DNA of 64,000 nucleotides from Acanthaster planci (Eukaryota). Where the stretch lies: positions 853,452 through 917,451 of the forward strand of contig NW_019091361.1 in NCBI RefSeq assembly GCF_001949145.1. The letters are read 5' to 3'. The notes beneath the pieces were generated by a model, which had not been told where the DNA came from, made no database searches, and was given only the letters and a program-made list of their open reading frames with translations. The position numbers and the translations under genes are program-made. Below, piece by piece: positions 12,302 through 24,800 of the stretch (its first letter is position 1; every line of letters starts with the position of its first letter).

Positions 12302-15033
12302 GGGTGCATTCCACAAAATGGTTGTATTTCTGCACGCGAGCTCATTCGTGTTTTGTGATCCCACGGGGTAAGACAGGCCATAAACAGGAGGCATCATAGA
12401 AATATTTCTACAAATCCCGAATTTGGGACTGATAGTTTCCAGTTCGGGGTATTTCTTTCACAAAAGCCCGATATTGCTGGCCTATTTGAATAGAGGTGGG
12501 CGGCTACATTCAGAAATGAGTGCTTAGGTTTACAGCTGTTTTGGGGGTATATTCCTTGAAAGGCGAATAAAAATTTTATTCATGGATTTTCGTGGCTAAC
12601 CCCCAGGAAATTGAAACGAAAAGTGATCTTCTGGCCATAACCTTGAATTTCCAGTAAAAAAAAGAGGCCAACCTCTTCACGAGAGTCAACAGGCGGCGCT
12701 ATTTCTGTCCAATATTGCACTGTTTTCAAGGAAAGACAAGAATATATGGTGAAAATTGTGCGACTGACATAAACTCGGCGAAAATAAATCTAAGGGGACA
12801 GCAAGTGAGAACTAAGGGAAGACAACTGAGAACTAGGGGAAAACACAATTTAGAACGGGGGGGGGCAAGGCTACCAGAAGATGAGGGATCTGCCAGAAGA
12901 TTATTGAAGGGGAAGGATCTACAGCATTCCAGGCTTCTTATTGGCAGAAACGGTATAATACACCAGAATCTAGTCCTGCACGACCAAATTGCCGTCCATC
13001 ACAGCCACCGGTCTGGACTCAGCTGATGCAGCAAAAGTTTTTGCAATCAGAAATACAACCAAGGAGGAAAATATTGCGGCTATAAACCAAGGAAACACAA
13101 AAATACCAACGAAGAAAGAAGAGCAAGCACTCTACGTGACTCTTCTAACGACTGCATGCGCAGGAATGGCTGTCCGGCGCTGCTTCAGTCCCTAACCTGC
13201 GCATGCTTGGCTAGGTATGGACAATACACAGTTAGCCTAGGCTATATGCAAGAAAGAAATGCCTATTACATTTTGGGAAGGGCAGTACGTAATCAAATGA
13301 TTTTGCAGTGCTTAAAATTCAGTTGGTTACAATAAGATTATATGAGACACAAAAGTGCAAGGTTTTTTTTAAAGCAAATTGATCTCAGCTACCATTACGA
13401 AAGACGTACACACGTTTATTCCCACTGCAACCAATCATTTGCTGCCTCTTTGCGTTTTTCCAAGTCTCAATATTTTTTGAGTGTTGAGACTGGGAGTAGA
13501 CTTGTCACTACCCCCTCCCCCTTTCAAAGTCTACATCAGCGGGCAAAAATGACGACGGAGGTCTTTAACCCCCTCCCTGTACGGTTTGTACACTCGTGAA
13601 AATGATGAAAATTACGGAAAGCCCCTAACATGTTCACGAGAACTGCTATAAGCGAATCCACCCGTACAATAAGCGTGTGAGATGGCTCTTCAACCAAAAT
13701 GATTGAATCACGTGAATTTTACTAAAACAGAGTGTGTTTGGCGTGGGATTAAAGAAAGATGATGCCTCCAGACCAAACTTCCCTCTATCGTAAAAGTTTG
13801 CGATCCTTGCCGGTTCAGGCAAATCATCACCTTGCATCAGGTGTTTTTGAAATTTTACCTGAAATGAGTATTTTTGCCCTGTCAACAGAGCAGCAAACCA
13901 AGAGAAACTGCACTTCATCGCAATTCAATTTCATCGTGCCTTAATAGGCATGTTGAGTGTATTTTCTTGCTAATTCTTGTCCCAAGGCTGGATTTGGACC
14001 CGTGATATATAGCACAGACATCTGGTCGGTTAAAATATTGTCCTCGTAACTATTATTAAGCGTATATAGGCCTTATCCGAAATAGCTAGGCTTCTAGATC
14101 TTACGGATACATTTGTACATCTATTATCAGCGTGTCCCAGCGTGTTTTCAACGGGGGAAACATGGACTTAGTTCATAGTCAAAGATTCGGGGGCAGCCGC
14201 AATTATAGACGATTTCACCATGTAGAGGAAAAGGGCATGTAAATCTAAGCGCTGGCGAGGCATGCATTGGGTTTCTCCTCATTATGTTTACTACAGGCCT
14301 CAACCAGTTGTCTCAGTAGCACAAGTTGCACCACTTACAACCAGTCGATAAAGTATACTCTGGGAGTCACTGATAGATCATGGCTGGCATTAGGAGTTTT
14401 CTGAGGGGGGGAGGGGAGCAAGCACTTTTTTAAGGAGGGAAAGCCGCGAAATGACTTAATTCGCCTGTATTCACAAAATAACTGATAACTGAAATCATCA
14501 AGGGGGCCCTTAGAGCAGTGTATACACCGAAGGGGCGTGGGGAGTTGCTACCCCAACAAGTTTTAATTTTTTTGTTAAACAGTCAACAATGAAACTTGGG
14601 ACAGTTGTGTTACACAAGATTCTCCTCCCCAAGACCATGGATACGCCACTTGTCCATTACCGCAACTCGGCTTGCAATTACAGTGCACTTAACCGGGTCG
14701 TAAGTACAGAGTGCTTTGAACAGCATCAATCGACATAAAAATGACTGATCCTCTAAATCTGGCATTCGCTCTGTGACGCTGCAGCATTGCCTGGCGGAAG
14801 GAAGCGACTCAAGTTTCATGCATAACTGGGTTTTGTGGACTGCCAGCGTGCAACTGGAAAACGTGGCCCCGGGAGTGAGAAAAACGAACAAAACGAAACA
14901 TAACAAATCTTGAACTTTCGTTAAAGTACAGATCAACATGCAGAAAGAACAGTTTGACAAGCATTTTAATTGGGCGTATCAGTGTGTACCCGAATCTCCT
15001 GCAGTCCCGTCATACGAGCGAGAATAGTCAAAA

Positions 15034-15118
15034 TATAAAACAGAGCACGGCGGACGAGTGTCATCCATTGCTGGAAAACATTTGGTGAGGAAAGCCTCAA
15101 CTTTGGGAAATTATATTG
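15034..15118 (+). promoter_or_regulatory. Putative TATA box and non-coding first exon of GPCR paralogue 2
   Basis: TATAAAA at 15034-15040, GGACGA at 15052 and donor TTG|GTAAGT at 15118/15119. The acceptor ACTCAG at 16528 precedes the ATG at 16541. Confidence 0.5.
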
Positions 15119-16540
15119 GTAAGTTTTTCTTGTTTTTTCTCGTCTTTCAATGTTTCATGGAACCGGGGTGTGCGTTTCCGATACCCAAAGTGCAATGTAG
15201 GCCTAGGGTATGTAGCAGCCCTCTGTTCGGGCACATGAGCCTGGTGTTACTGCTATCTCACCCAACTGTATCCAAAATAAAGCACTTCCACGCTGCGGTA
15301 TATTTTGCAGAAAAATGTAAAAAGTTTAACCCAGCCAAGTACATGTATATCTATTTTAAACAGGGCACAACCAAAAATTTAATCTTTACTCTTAGATTTT
15401 TTCACTAAAGTTCGAACAGAATTATTTGGATTTTATCAATTATCAATTTCTCTACTTTTTGTAGATTATTTTACTTTCGTATTGAAAGTAGTATGTGCCT
15501 AACAAATGAAAGATGTCTTACAATACAGGGGAATGGTAAATTTAAATTGAATAGTATCCAGGGCAAGTGTACAATAAGTAAAGGGAATCTTATGAATACT
15601 GCTTGATGAGTTCGTATAAGTTTGTGGATGTGCTGCGAAACATTATACAAGATTTGCCCGGTGAATCATGGGTTTTTGCTGTTGCTTGAACCAACAAACT
15701 CATCTCGACGACGTACAAGACTTATGTACAGGGGGGAGATTTAAATCAACTTTGTGTATGGAATTCTTCCTACAGAGAGTGAATAGAAGAGGCAGCCTTG
15801 CAGCCAGAGGCAAACCCTTGTTCTTTAAATAGAACGATTTTCCAATGAATGCACATGCTGATTAGCACCCTAGGCCCTTATTCCTGAATGCGTTTCACCA
15901 CACGCGACACTGTTGACCAGCTTAGCAGTGAGCAATGAAGGATGATGTGTAATTACAGGTGGCTTATAGGTGTATAACTCATGTCATTTAGTTGTCATTT
16001 AGAGGTGAAATAGTCAGCTAAGAATCTGAGTGGATGGGTTGAATGGGGTCATAGATCTCTAGGACGTAAAACTAGTCCTAAATCTCCATATAGTACAGTG
16101 CTAGATATAAAGTGCTCGGGCGTCCAATTTTAAAAACTTTGATCCGCAAAGAAGGGGACTCGGGGAGATGTAGTTGGTAGACTGCTGGATATGAAATCGC
16201 GGTCTGGCTACTACGTCATCTTTGTTTTGAAATATCATAAATACTAAGCAGATTTCCACTCCTGTCTAAAATAAAACTATCGCGCGACATTACCTCTGTT
16301 TGTTACCGCTTTCTGGTACCACGCGTGTGACAATGAGCCATTAGAATTATAGATTTAAGGAAAAAGGATGACACCTCGCCCCGTTCTACTTTAATATCGA
16401 CCACAAGCAATTTCATTCCTTTTCTTTTTTAATTTGGAGCGGGCACAAACCTGATGCTTAGAACCGTTCTGCTCTGCAAAATGATTTTTTTTTGTTCTTT
16501 TGCAAATTTCATTTTCCTGCATACTCAGAAGAAACTGAAA

Positions 16541-19265
16541 ATGGAATCAGCCCTCGCATCAACCTTTCCACCACCAGTTTTCAACGACACTAACCAAAGT
16601 GCGTCCCGTCCCCCACCGGACACCGACGTGTTTTACGGCACACTCTCGCAAAAAGCCGTCAGCATTCTCATCTTTTTCATCGTCGCTGTCGGTCTTGTGG
16701 CTAACTCAGCGGTCATCTACGTCGTGGTGCGACACCGTGACATGCACACCACTACTAATTTCGCTTTCGCAAACCTGGCGCTTACCGACATTCTTCTGCT
16801 TCTTTTTTACGCCTTGTCCAAGTCCCTCGATTCGTTTGGCTTCAGCGTGTCGATATACCTCAACTGCTGGCCGACATTCTACTGTCGATTCGTATGTATT
16901 GGATTATGTTTTTCTATTTTGAATGTTAACCAATCTTCATGTGTACCAGCTGCAATGAGTAATAAGTGGTGATGTGTGGTTTTATGTTTCCAAGTAGTTA
17001 AAATGCAGCAGCAAATGGAATTTGTGTGGTTTCCAACCGTTACAATTGGTATTGAACTGAGTTGCATGGTTACCAATAGTAAAACTAATGGGGTTTACAC
17101 AGTGTACTCACTGTGAACAGACAGTGTGCATGCTTTTCTGTTGACTTACAGGAAGTTAGTAGCATCTGGATCTGCAAAATATGCGAATCACCCCAAAAAG
17201 CCTTTTGCGAGTTAAGTTCGAATAAAATCTGGCACCCTGAGTTATCTGAGTGCCCATAAACGCCACAATTTCAATTCCCTAGACTAAAGACATTGTTGCT
17301 ATACCTCGCGATTCGGGGCAAGCTTTTGCATAGCGACCATCATCTCTGGAATGCAGGACTGGTTCCTTTGTGCCCCTCTTAGGCCAATCCATTGAAAACA
17401 GTGTACTGATGCAAGGCGTCTCTAATGTAACTAAGCAAAAGCTTAGGCCAATTGTAGCGACATGTCTTTATGGAGAATTCAAAATGTTATGTACGCGTGA
17501 ATATAAAGAAGTCAGTGCACTAGATTTTATTCAAGTTTAACTCGTAATAGGCTAAGGCTGCATCCGAATCTGTTATTATATTATAGACTTAGGTCTAGGT
17601 CTTCGGGCCATTGGAAATGTGTGGAGACGCGTAGACAACAGACCTAGCCGTAGCTCTCGAAGCCTGTTTTGGACACGGCCTTATTTAAGGCAAAATCCGA
17701 AAGTATATGCCAAAGAGAGCTTCTCACATGAGGTCTAAAATGGCCAGTTTACGAGGGTTGGATGAACAGTTATTAGCACATGACGGAGTAATGACAATTC
17801 ATTGAAACTTGGGAAGCATTTCTTTCAGTTTATCAGATGACTATCGGGTATTCACGGCGTATATAGTTGGTTTTGATACAGGACTTTTAAAGTTGGACCA
17901 TAGCAATGCTGCAGTGCCTGGATCCCTGTTTCCAGCATCGGTGGCAGCAGTGCACAGGCCACCATGGGCAAATAAACTCACTTCTGACGGGCATCATCAT
18001 CTTCTCATCCAACACTTGTAGTGTGTCCTATATATAATATATTGGCCTTTCTTTCCTATAAATTATTTTATCAGTTGCCTGTACAGGAGTAAAAAGTAAT
18101 TCTGAAGGAATCTATGGTATATTCAGGTTAGGAGTTACAGGACAGCCACAAGCACGGTTAACAGAAAAGTTTTAACATGTATACGATTTATGCAGCGTTC
18201 AAAATTATGACACACCTATGTATCCAATATGTAGCCCATAAAACTGACTAAAAAATGTTATATCGATTGAAGGTTAATAGCCCGCCCTATGCGTGATGAA
18301 CCATGTTTGCTATTGTCATGCAATACATACTATAGGTGGTTGGCGAGGTCACGGGTCTGACCTTGGCGATGATGTCATACGACCGATGGAGACTGGTTGC
18401 TTACCCACTGGAAGCCGTGAAACACCCCAAAAGACGCAAATGGGTCTTTCTGTTTACCGTATTCATGCTCTGGGTCGGTAAGTTCAACAGAAATAAAAGA
18501 AAGTTAACAGCAATTCATATCTATCAGGTGTTTTTTTTAAATCGACGAGATGTAGTGACTTTTTTACAAGACCTTTTTACCGTGTTACTTTTTTCCTCCC
18601 CAGTTTCATGTGTCATGTGCATTCCTATCGTCATGTACTCGGTGAAAATCACCACCACGAGGGTCCTTTGCACCCTGCATTTTCCGTGGGAACACGGCAT
18701 CAAGGCTTTCTACACTTATTATTCGACCTGTATGTACGTCGTGCCGTTGATGTTAATTTCCATATGCTACCTGAAGATGTGGCTGAGACTCCGAAAGAGG
18801 ACGCCAGGCGCAGCTACAGGCCCAAGGAGCAGCCAGAACGCAGCTTCCCAACGCACGCAGCGTACCCTCCGCTTAATCGTGATCGTAATCGTGGCCTTTG
18901 CATTGGCATGGCTGCCTCAGCGCGTTCTGATTCTGTGGTTGGTGTGGGACCCCACTTTTAAAGCTGCCTCGCCCATTTACAGCATAAGTGCAACCATAAC
19001 GAATTTGATCATCGACCTGAATAGCGTCATCAACCCTTTCATATATCCCTTTGCCGGCACTGGTTTTAGGAAGCACATTGGCTGCCTGCGCAAGCGAGAG
19101 GGGACGGTTTCATCGAAAACGACTCAAAGCCAGCGAGGGGACGCACAGTCTAAAATGTCTACCGTGGTAGCGTCATCTTCGGTTAAGAACACAAACGTGA
19201 CGAGTCTTAGTGTAAGCTGTCAAACGGCACCCCAGATGCAACACGGCTCTCTTTGCTCAACTTAG
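16541..19265 (+). CDS. Class A GPCR, kisspeptin (GPR54)/galanin-receptor-like, paralogue 2 (~384 aa)
   Basis: join(16541..16891,18336..18477,18604..19265), 1155 nt in frame. It has the same intron positions and the same 142-nt middle exon as paralogue 1. Motifs NLALTD, SYDRW, AWLP and NPFIY are intact. Confidence 0.9.
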
Positions 19266-20317
19266 TCGCAAAGTACACACAAGTAGAGTCGAGTTGTGAC
19301 AGGGAGCTGCTGGTGTATAACATTTTAAACCCGGTGTTCCAAAATATTGAATATTGTAACGGTTGCCTTTCACTTTTTTCTGTTTTGGCGCAGAATAGTA
19401 CTATATTACTTCCACATAATATATAGGGCTCTATGTATGCAGCAGACGCTTACCACAGTAGAGGGATTTCACATTAGCGCCGTCTGCGCATATCTGCATC
19501 GAAACCGAGGCTCTCTGTGTTGAACTTCGTCGCGCGCGCCCGCGGAGTCCACACAGTACGTCTGGTATCAGGTTCGTAAGTGTGACGCCACTTCAGTTTA
19601 AACCACGCCCACTGCACAAGATACACGACCATCGCAGGTACGTTAGTTCGCGGTCAACTGTCGTTATTTTTTCTTTTGATTTTACGTGTCGAATCATCGT
19701 GAAAGACTCTTCCACAAACATTTTTAGCCTGAAAAGTCTGAATTTAACATACCTCGATGTATTTTGTGTCTTGACTCCTTACTTTCAATCGTCTGATCGT
19801 ACTAAGAATTGAAGCTGACACATACAGCCTCGTTTTCAAACGTGGAAGTGAGATCGACGCTAAAAGCGTCGTATTGGGATCCCTCTATAGGCCTACCGGT
19901 AAGATCGGTTATGGGGGGGGGACTGGCTGGTGACTCACAGACCACGGGGTCCAGTCTGAGGTGGCTGCTCTGTTGTCAGTTTGCAGCACATTAAATGTCA
20001 CGACGTAACCTCAGCTGCTCGCTCCCTTTCCAAATCTTTCTCATCGAAATGATGGTTCCGCGATGTTCCTTGCCCCATGAATCATTTTAACAATGTCAAG
20101 AGTGTCCTTTTGAAGACATTGTGTTGTGCAAGAATGTCTACAATGAAAAGCTTAATAATAAGCATACAACGTGTTGTGGCGCATAGCAGCGTGTGCATAC
20201 ACCACAAAACAAGATAAAGAAATTTCTGTACATGTACCGTCTTCGAGGCAAAATTTTGTACTTTAATCGGTTCGTATTCTGGACAAATTCTTGTTTTCCT
20301 TCAGGATATTATCAAAG

Positions 20318-20717
20318 AACGGGAACGTATTATCTCCACGCATATCATTTTTTCCCACGTACGTACGTGAAAGTTTCACGTCAAGAGCAAGTTCCACTAC
20401 CTATGGGCCTCGGTGCTTGTTTCACACGGATCGGGATCGCAATCGTGATCCAAAAGCTGGTTAGCGCTATCGAGTAGGTAGGTTCTGGTGTCAGTGAACC
20501 AGCGACGGATAATCGCGATCCGGGTCTTTGTGAAACAAACAGGCCCATAGGTAGTGGAACTTGTTCGTGACATGAAACTATCACGTACGTACGTGAATAT
20601 CACGCACGTACGTGAAAACACGTACGTGATATACGTGAAACTATCTCATATACAATACAAACTATCATGTACATACGCGAAAAAAAATTATATGCGTGGT
20701 GGTAATACGTTTCCGTA
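20318..20717. mobile_element. Fold-back MITE (~400 bp, almost entirely inverted repeat)
   Basis: The left arm AACGGGAACGTATTATCTCCACGCATA...GCAAGTTCCACTACCTATGGGCCT pairs with the right arm AGGCCCATAGGTAGTGGAACTTG...TATGCGTGGTGGTAATACGTTTCCGTA. The right arm carries extra ACGTACGTGA tandem units. Confidence 0.85.
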
Positions 20718-21899
20718 TGAAAGCGTACACGGGATGCCCCTGAGTTCAAGGTTAATAGACTGCACTGTTATATATCGTATATCTATCGTCTATCGTATTT
20801 ATTATATCTATAGTCATAATTATTGTCTATCGTCACCACTACTGTGCAGTAACTTTGCCAGTTTAAATAGAATTCGATAAGTGTTCTTGATACATCTATT
20901 GGATGCTTTCAAATTTGGGTATAGTGTCAACTTTCCACAAACACGAGCACAACATCATGACTAATATGATATCAAACCGAGTTCAGATGGCGCATCTGAA
21001 TGCATCAGATGGTGCATCAAAATGAAACTGGAGTCTTTGTTTTTCCTCATCTCATTTCTTTGATCGTTTACACCCTTCTCAAGTATAAACTAGCCAAGCT
21101 ATTAGTTTAAAAGCGCTTTATTTCTCCCGAATCACAAGTTGATTTTGTTCGTGTGCTAAGAAACATATACATCTAAGCTGTTTTCAACGGGTTTTGAAGA
21201 CTGCACAGCAGGATAGAAGTAATCATGTGTCTGTAAATCACATTTAAAAAGAACGTTCCTGGACATTTTCACGCGCTCTTATTAGTTTAGATTATATCCA
21301 TGGGTAACCATTGAGGGGTAGTCTGGTCTGCTCTCCTATTGTATTAATCATCTATTTCATCTGGTATTTACCTAGCATTAATGTATTCATCTGTAGCTTC
21401 ATGTATACAGTGTGTATATTTAATCTCAGACATATGTGATCCAAATTTCCATGCATGACGTATGCCAAAATTTCAGACAAATCACTGTTCAAACAGAGTA
21501 AAGATTGCACCACAATTGATTAAAAAAACAGGCAAAGTTCAACAAGAAAAATTGAGTTTTTTCACTCACAAATCCTGTTTGTAATTGTTCTCGCTTTGTA
21601 ATGTCAAATGTACTAAGATTAAAACATTGTTGGTACAGTTTACTTTAGGTATCGGCACGTTAGGTGTAAAGTTTAATGGAATGGCAAATAAAACAAAACG
21701 AACCTCAGGTCGAGTCAGGTTTGAAGCGAACAGAGAAAAGTACAGACCAAAGTGCTAGATGTTCAGCACTATAGGGCGTACCAGTAAAGGACCAGCCTTC
21801 ACGCGTGTAAAAACACTGAACGTTATAGCATCGGGTCAGACCTGTTTTTACTTCCATTGAACTGTCGTCAGTTTCCATTTTTTTTACGCCTACTTCGCA

Positions 21900-24800
21900 A
21901 TGGAAAGTCATACCAGCGTGAGGTCTTACTTGAAAATCTTCGTGTTATATGTGTGCACAGCTACAATATCCGAATGCACTCCAACACTCAGTACAAAAAT
22001 GCTTTACTCTGGGCCCGAAGCGAGTGTCACTGTAGCAAACAAACCTTTCCGCATAAAGGGCACGGGTGCAATATCTCATCAGCAGCTAGAACCCACGGAA
22101 AGCCAACAAGATAACTACAGTTCTTGCGGGCAATTCTTTCAGAAGGCCATATGTAACGAGGCAAGTATTTATTACCGATCGGAAGCACTTGTGACGAGGT
22201 GATTCTTGTGCACACGGCAGAGTTCAAATCGAAAGCTTTACCTAAAACTTCATTTCCAAGTCGTGACATTATCATATCATTACCAAAGTATTTTGAAATA
22301 GTTCAGTAAATACACATTGCTCATAAGACTTGCAAAACAGGACGAAAATCAAACCAAATCCAAACATACAGAACAAGACAAACAATGTGTTTTGTTTTAC
22401 AACCCCTCTTGTGTTAGTGTTTTCCAGAGAACGGCGGAACGTCCCGAGGGGGCACACCATTGCACAGCACACACATATTGCGGAATAATCTTAACTTCTC
22501 CGTCTCGACCAACGAACTGACTCGCATAAGCTCACTCCTCATCACTAAGCTTAGGGAGGGAACGTGCGCCTGGCAACAGTCCCCGCCCAGTCGGGTGCGA
22601 AGAACCGTGGCGGTGGGTGACGCAAAACCCTTCATGTTTCTCCAGGCAGTCTACAGCAAGTATGGCAAATCCGGAGTCATTAGTGAAGATCGTGAGTTTA
22701 CAATTTGCCTAGCTTCGGAAATCAGTAATGATCTTGCATTAGTTAAATGACAGGAAATTTCAAAAATTAATTCCCTGACACAACGTCAGTTTTATACGAA
22801 GAATGTTGAAGACAATTTGTTTACAGTCATTTTTATTATTTAGCTACACAACTGCAAAGCTCCATGCAAAACGTTAAATTAACAGATTTGTAGACATTAA
22901 CATTTGAAACCGAAATAATTATTGAATATATTGCATTTTGTTCAATTATTCAATTATATTTCGTTTTGGGAGAATGGAACTATATTCTGTTAAATAAAAA
23001 TTTCCAAGAGGAAGGAGTAGGCCAGTATTAAAATAATCATCATCCAACTCCGTCAAGCTTGACTTGGCAAAACACAACCATGTTGACTACTTCTGAGAAG
23101 TATTTATTTTTGTCTTTTTTTCCTGACAGAATTCGGAATTTTACTTGAAGATCTAGGCATTGGGAAACTTTTACAGACGAACCACTCCAATTCCTCCGGT
23201 GATCATAGTGTGATACAACGGGTAAGGAATGAGTTGCTTGTCTAAATGGATTTTAATGCACGTAAGAATCGCTAACTGCAGTCACCGATAAACAATTTGT
23301 ATTGTTTGTAAACTGTATACGGCCAAAGCTTCTGTCAGTCAATTCTACATGTGCAAAAAGACAATTCAAAGCTTGGTATAAATACGCAAATGCGGTTGGC
23401 GTGTAAAGTTCGACGGGTTGAATACTTTACAGTTTACTTTAAAAACTATGGTCTTAAACCTCCATGACATGGTAATGCTTTATAGTGCACGAGGAATTTC
23501 ATTGCTTAGATGTAAAAAAAATTTCGTTTTACGTTGATAGCTTCTGGTGAATTGCAAAAAATACGAGAATTATTACGCCTGACCAAGTCTGAAATGCTTG
23601 TAAAAGAGAAAGGCACGCTGCATCTCCCAAAATCTTGCACATACGGATGCATGTTGGTTTTTAAACTTGAACTATAAAAAAACAAATTATTAAAATTATC
23701 CAAAAGGTGTTTCAAGAGATTTGTCTCCATCATTCAGAAACTTTCCTTGGAAGACGCTTTCTGAATCGTCCATTTCAGATTCAAACATACCGGTATGCAT
23801 TAATGTAGGAAGATTAGCCAATGTCGCCATCTGTCCCATTATTTTAATGTAAAAACTATTTATCTGAGACCTTTTTTCATTCTTGTTAAATAGTGCTTCT
23901 TAGCCACCGAACTTATTGACATCTTTAACACAAGCGGGGGCATTCCAATGGAGAATTTTGCCTCAGTTTGCCCGTCTCTCATCCAGCAAATCACGCAAGG
24001 GTGCGTGATCCCAGTTACCCCACCAACGGAGTTGGATCTGAAAAGTAAGTTAAATACCGGCTACTCTTTCCGGTTAGCACACCTCTCTGTCAGTGCAAAA
24101 TTCAAAGACTGACCTGATCGATTTTGTTTCCAAAGGTGGCAATTTAGTCACCTGTACATTCTTTATCGTCACACCAAACTGCCAGTTGAGAAATATGTCT
24201 GGCGAGGCATAGGTGTGTACATGTACTTTCTGGACATCCTTTTGATAGATCCATGAGACTGGTGACGTTTCTTAGAATTCGTGGAAAATGGTTTCAACTG
24301 GAGGTAGAGATTGTGCCGCATGCTTGATTCCGGAAAAGGGAAGATAACAATGAACGTTATCTAAAAAAACCCAAAATGATGTTATGCATAAACTTTCGTA
24401 GGCACGACAAAGGACCGCCCCCCATGTCGCCACAGGGCGTACGTAACGTTTATCATTGGTGAATAGTTTTGACAGACTTCGCCCTTCAAAGTAAAATGCT
24501 ACCTGCAGTCTATTGTCATCCCATTGAGTTTCCCCAAAAACTTTGGTTTCAGTACGGGGTCTTTTCCCTTTTCTATGGACAGTGTATGGATGGGCTACCC
24601 TTGCCATGGCGTCTATTACGGTCCTATCTATGTTAGCGATGGTAGCCGTTCCAACCCACGGGTCCAGATTCTATGCTGCTGTCATGCAGTTTTTTGTCGC
24701 TCTAGCCGTTAGCTCGCTGTCCGGGGATGCCCTGCTGCATCTTCTACCTGAGGTCGGTGCCACTTTGTGATTTCACTCTAACACGATTCGCAACACGGGA

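Noticed and set aside
11357..13200. GC-richer segments and short ORFs (11579..11812, 12715..13026, 12989..13195) between the GPCRs
   Set aside because: No domain similarity, splice-consistent exon chain or terminal repeats that I can verify. They are probably old repeat debris.
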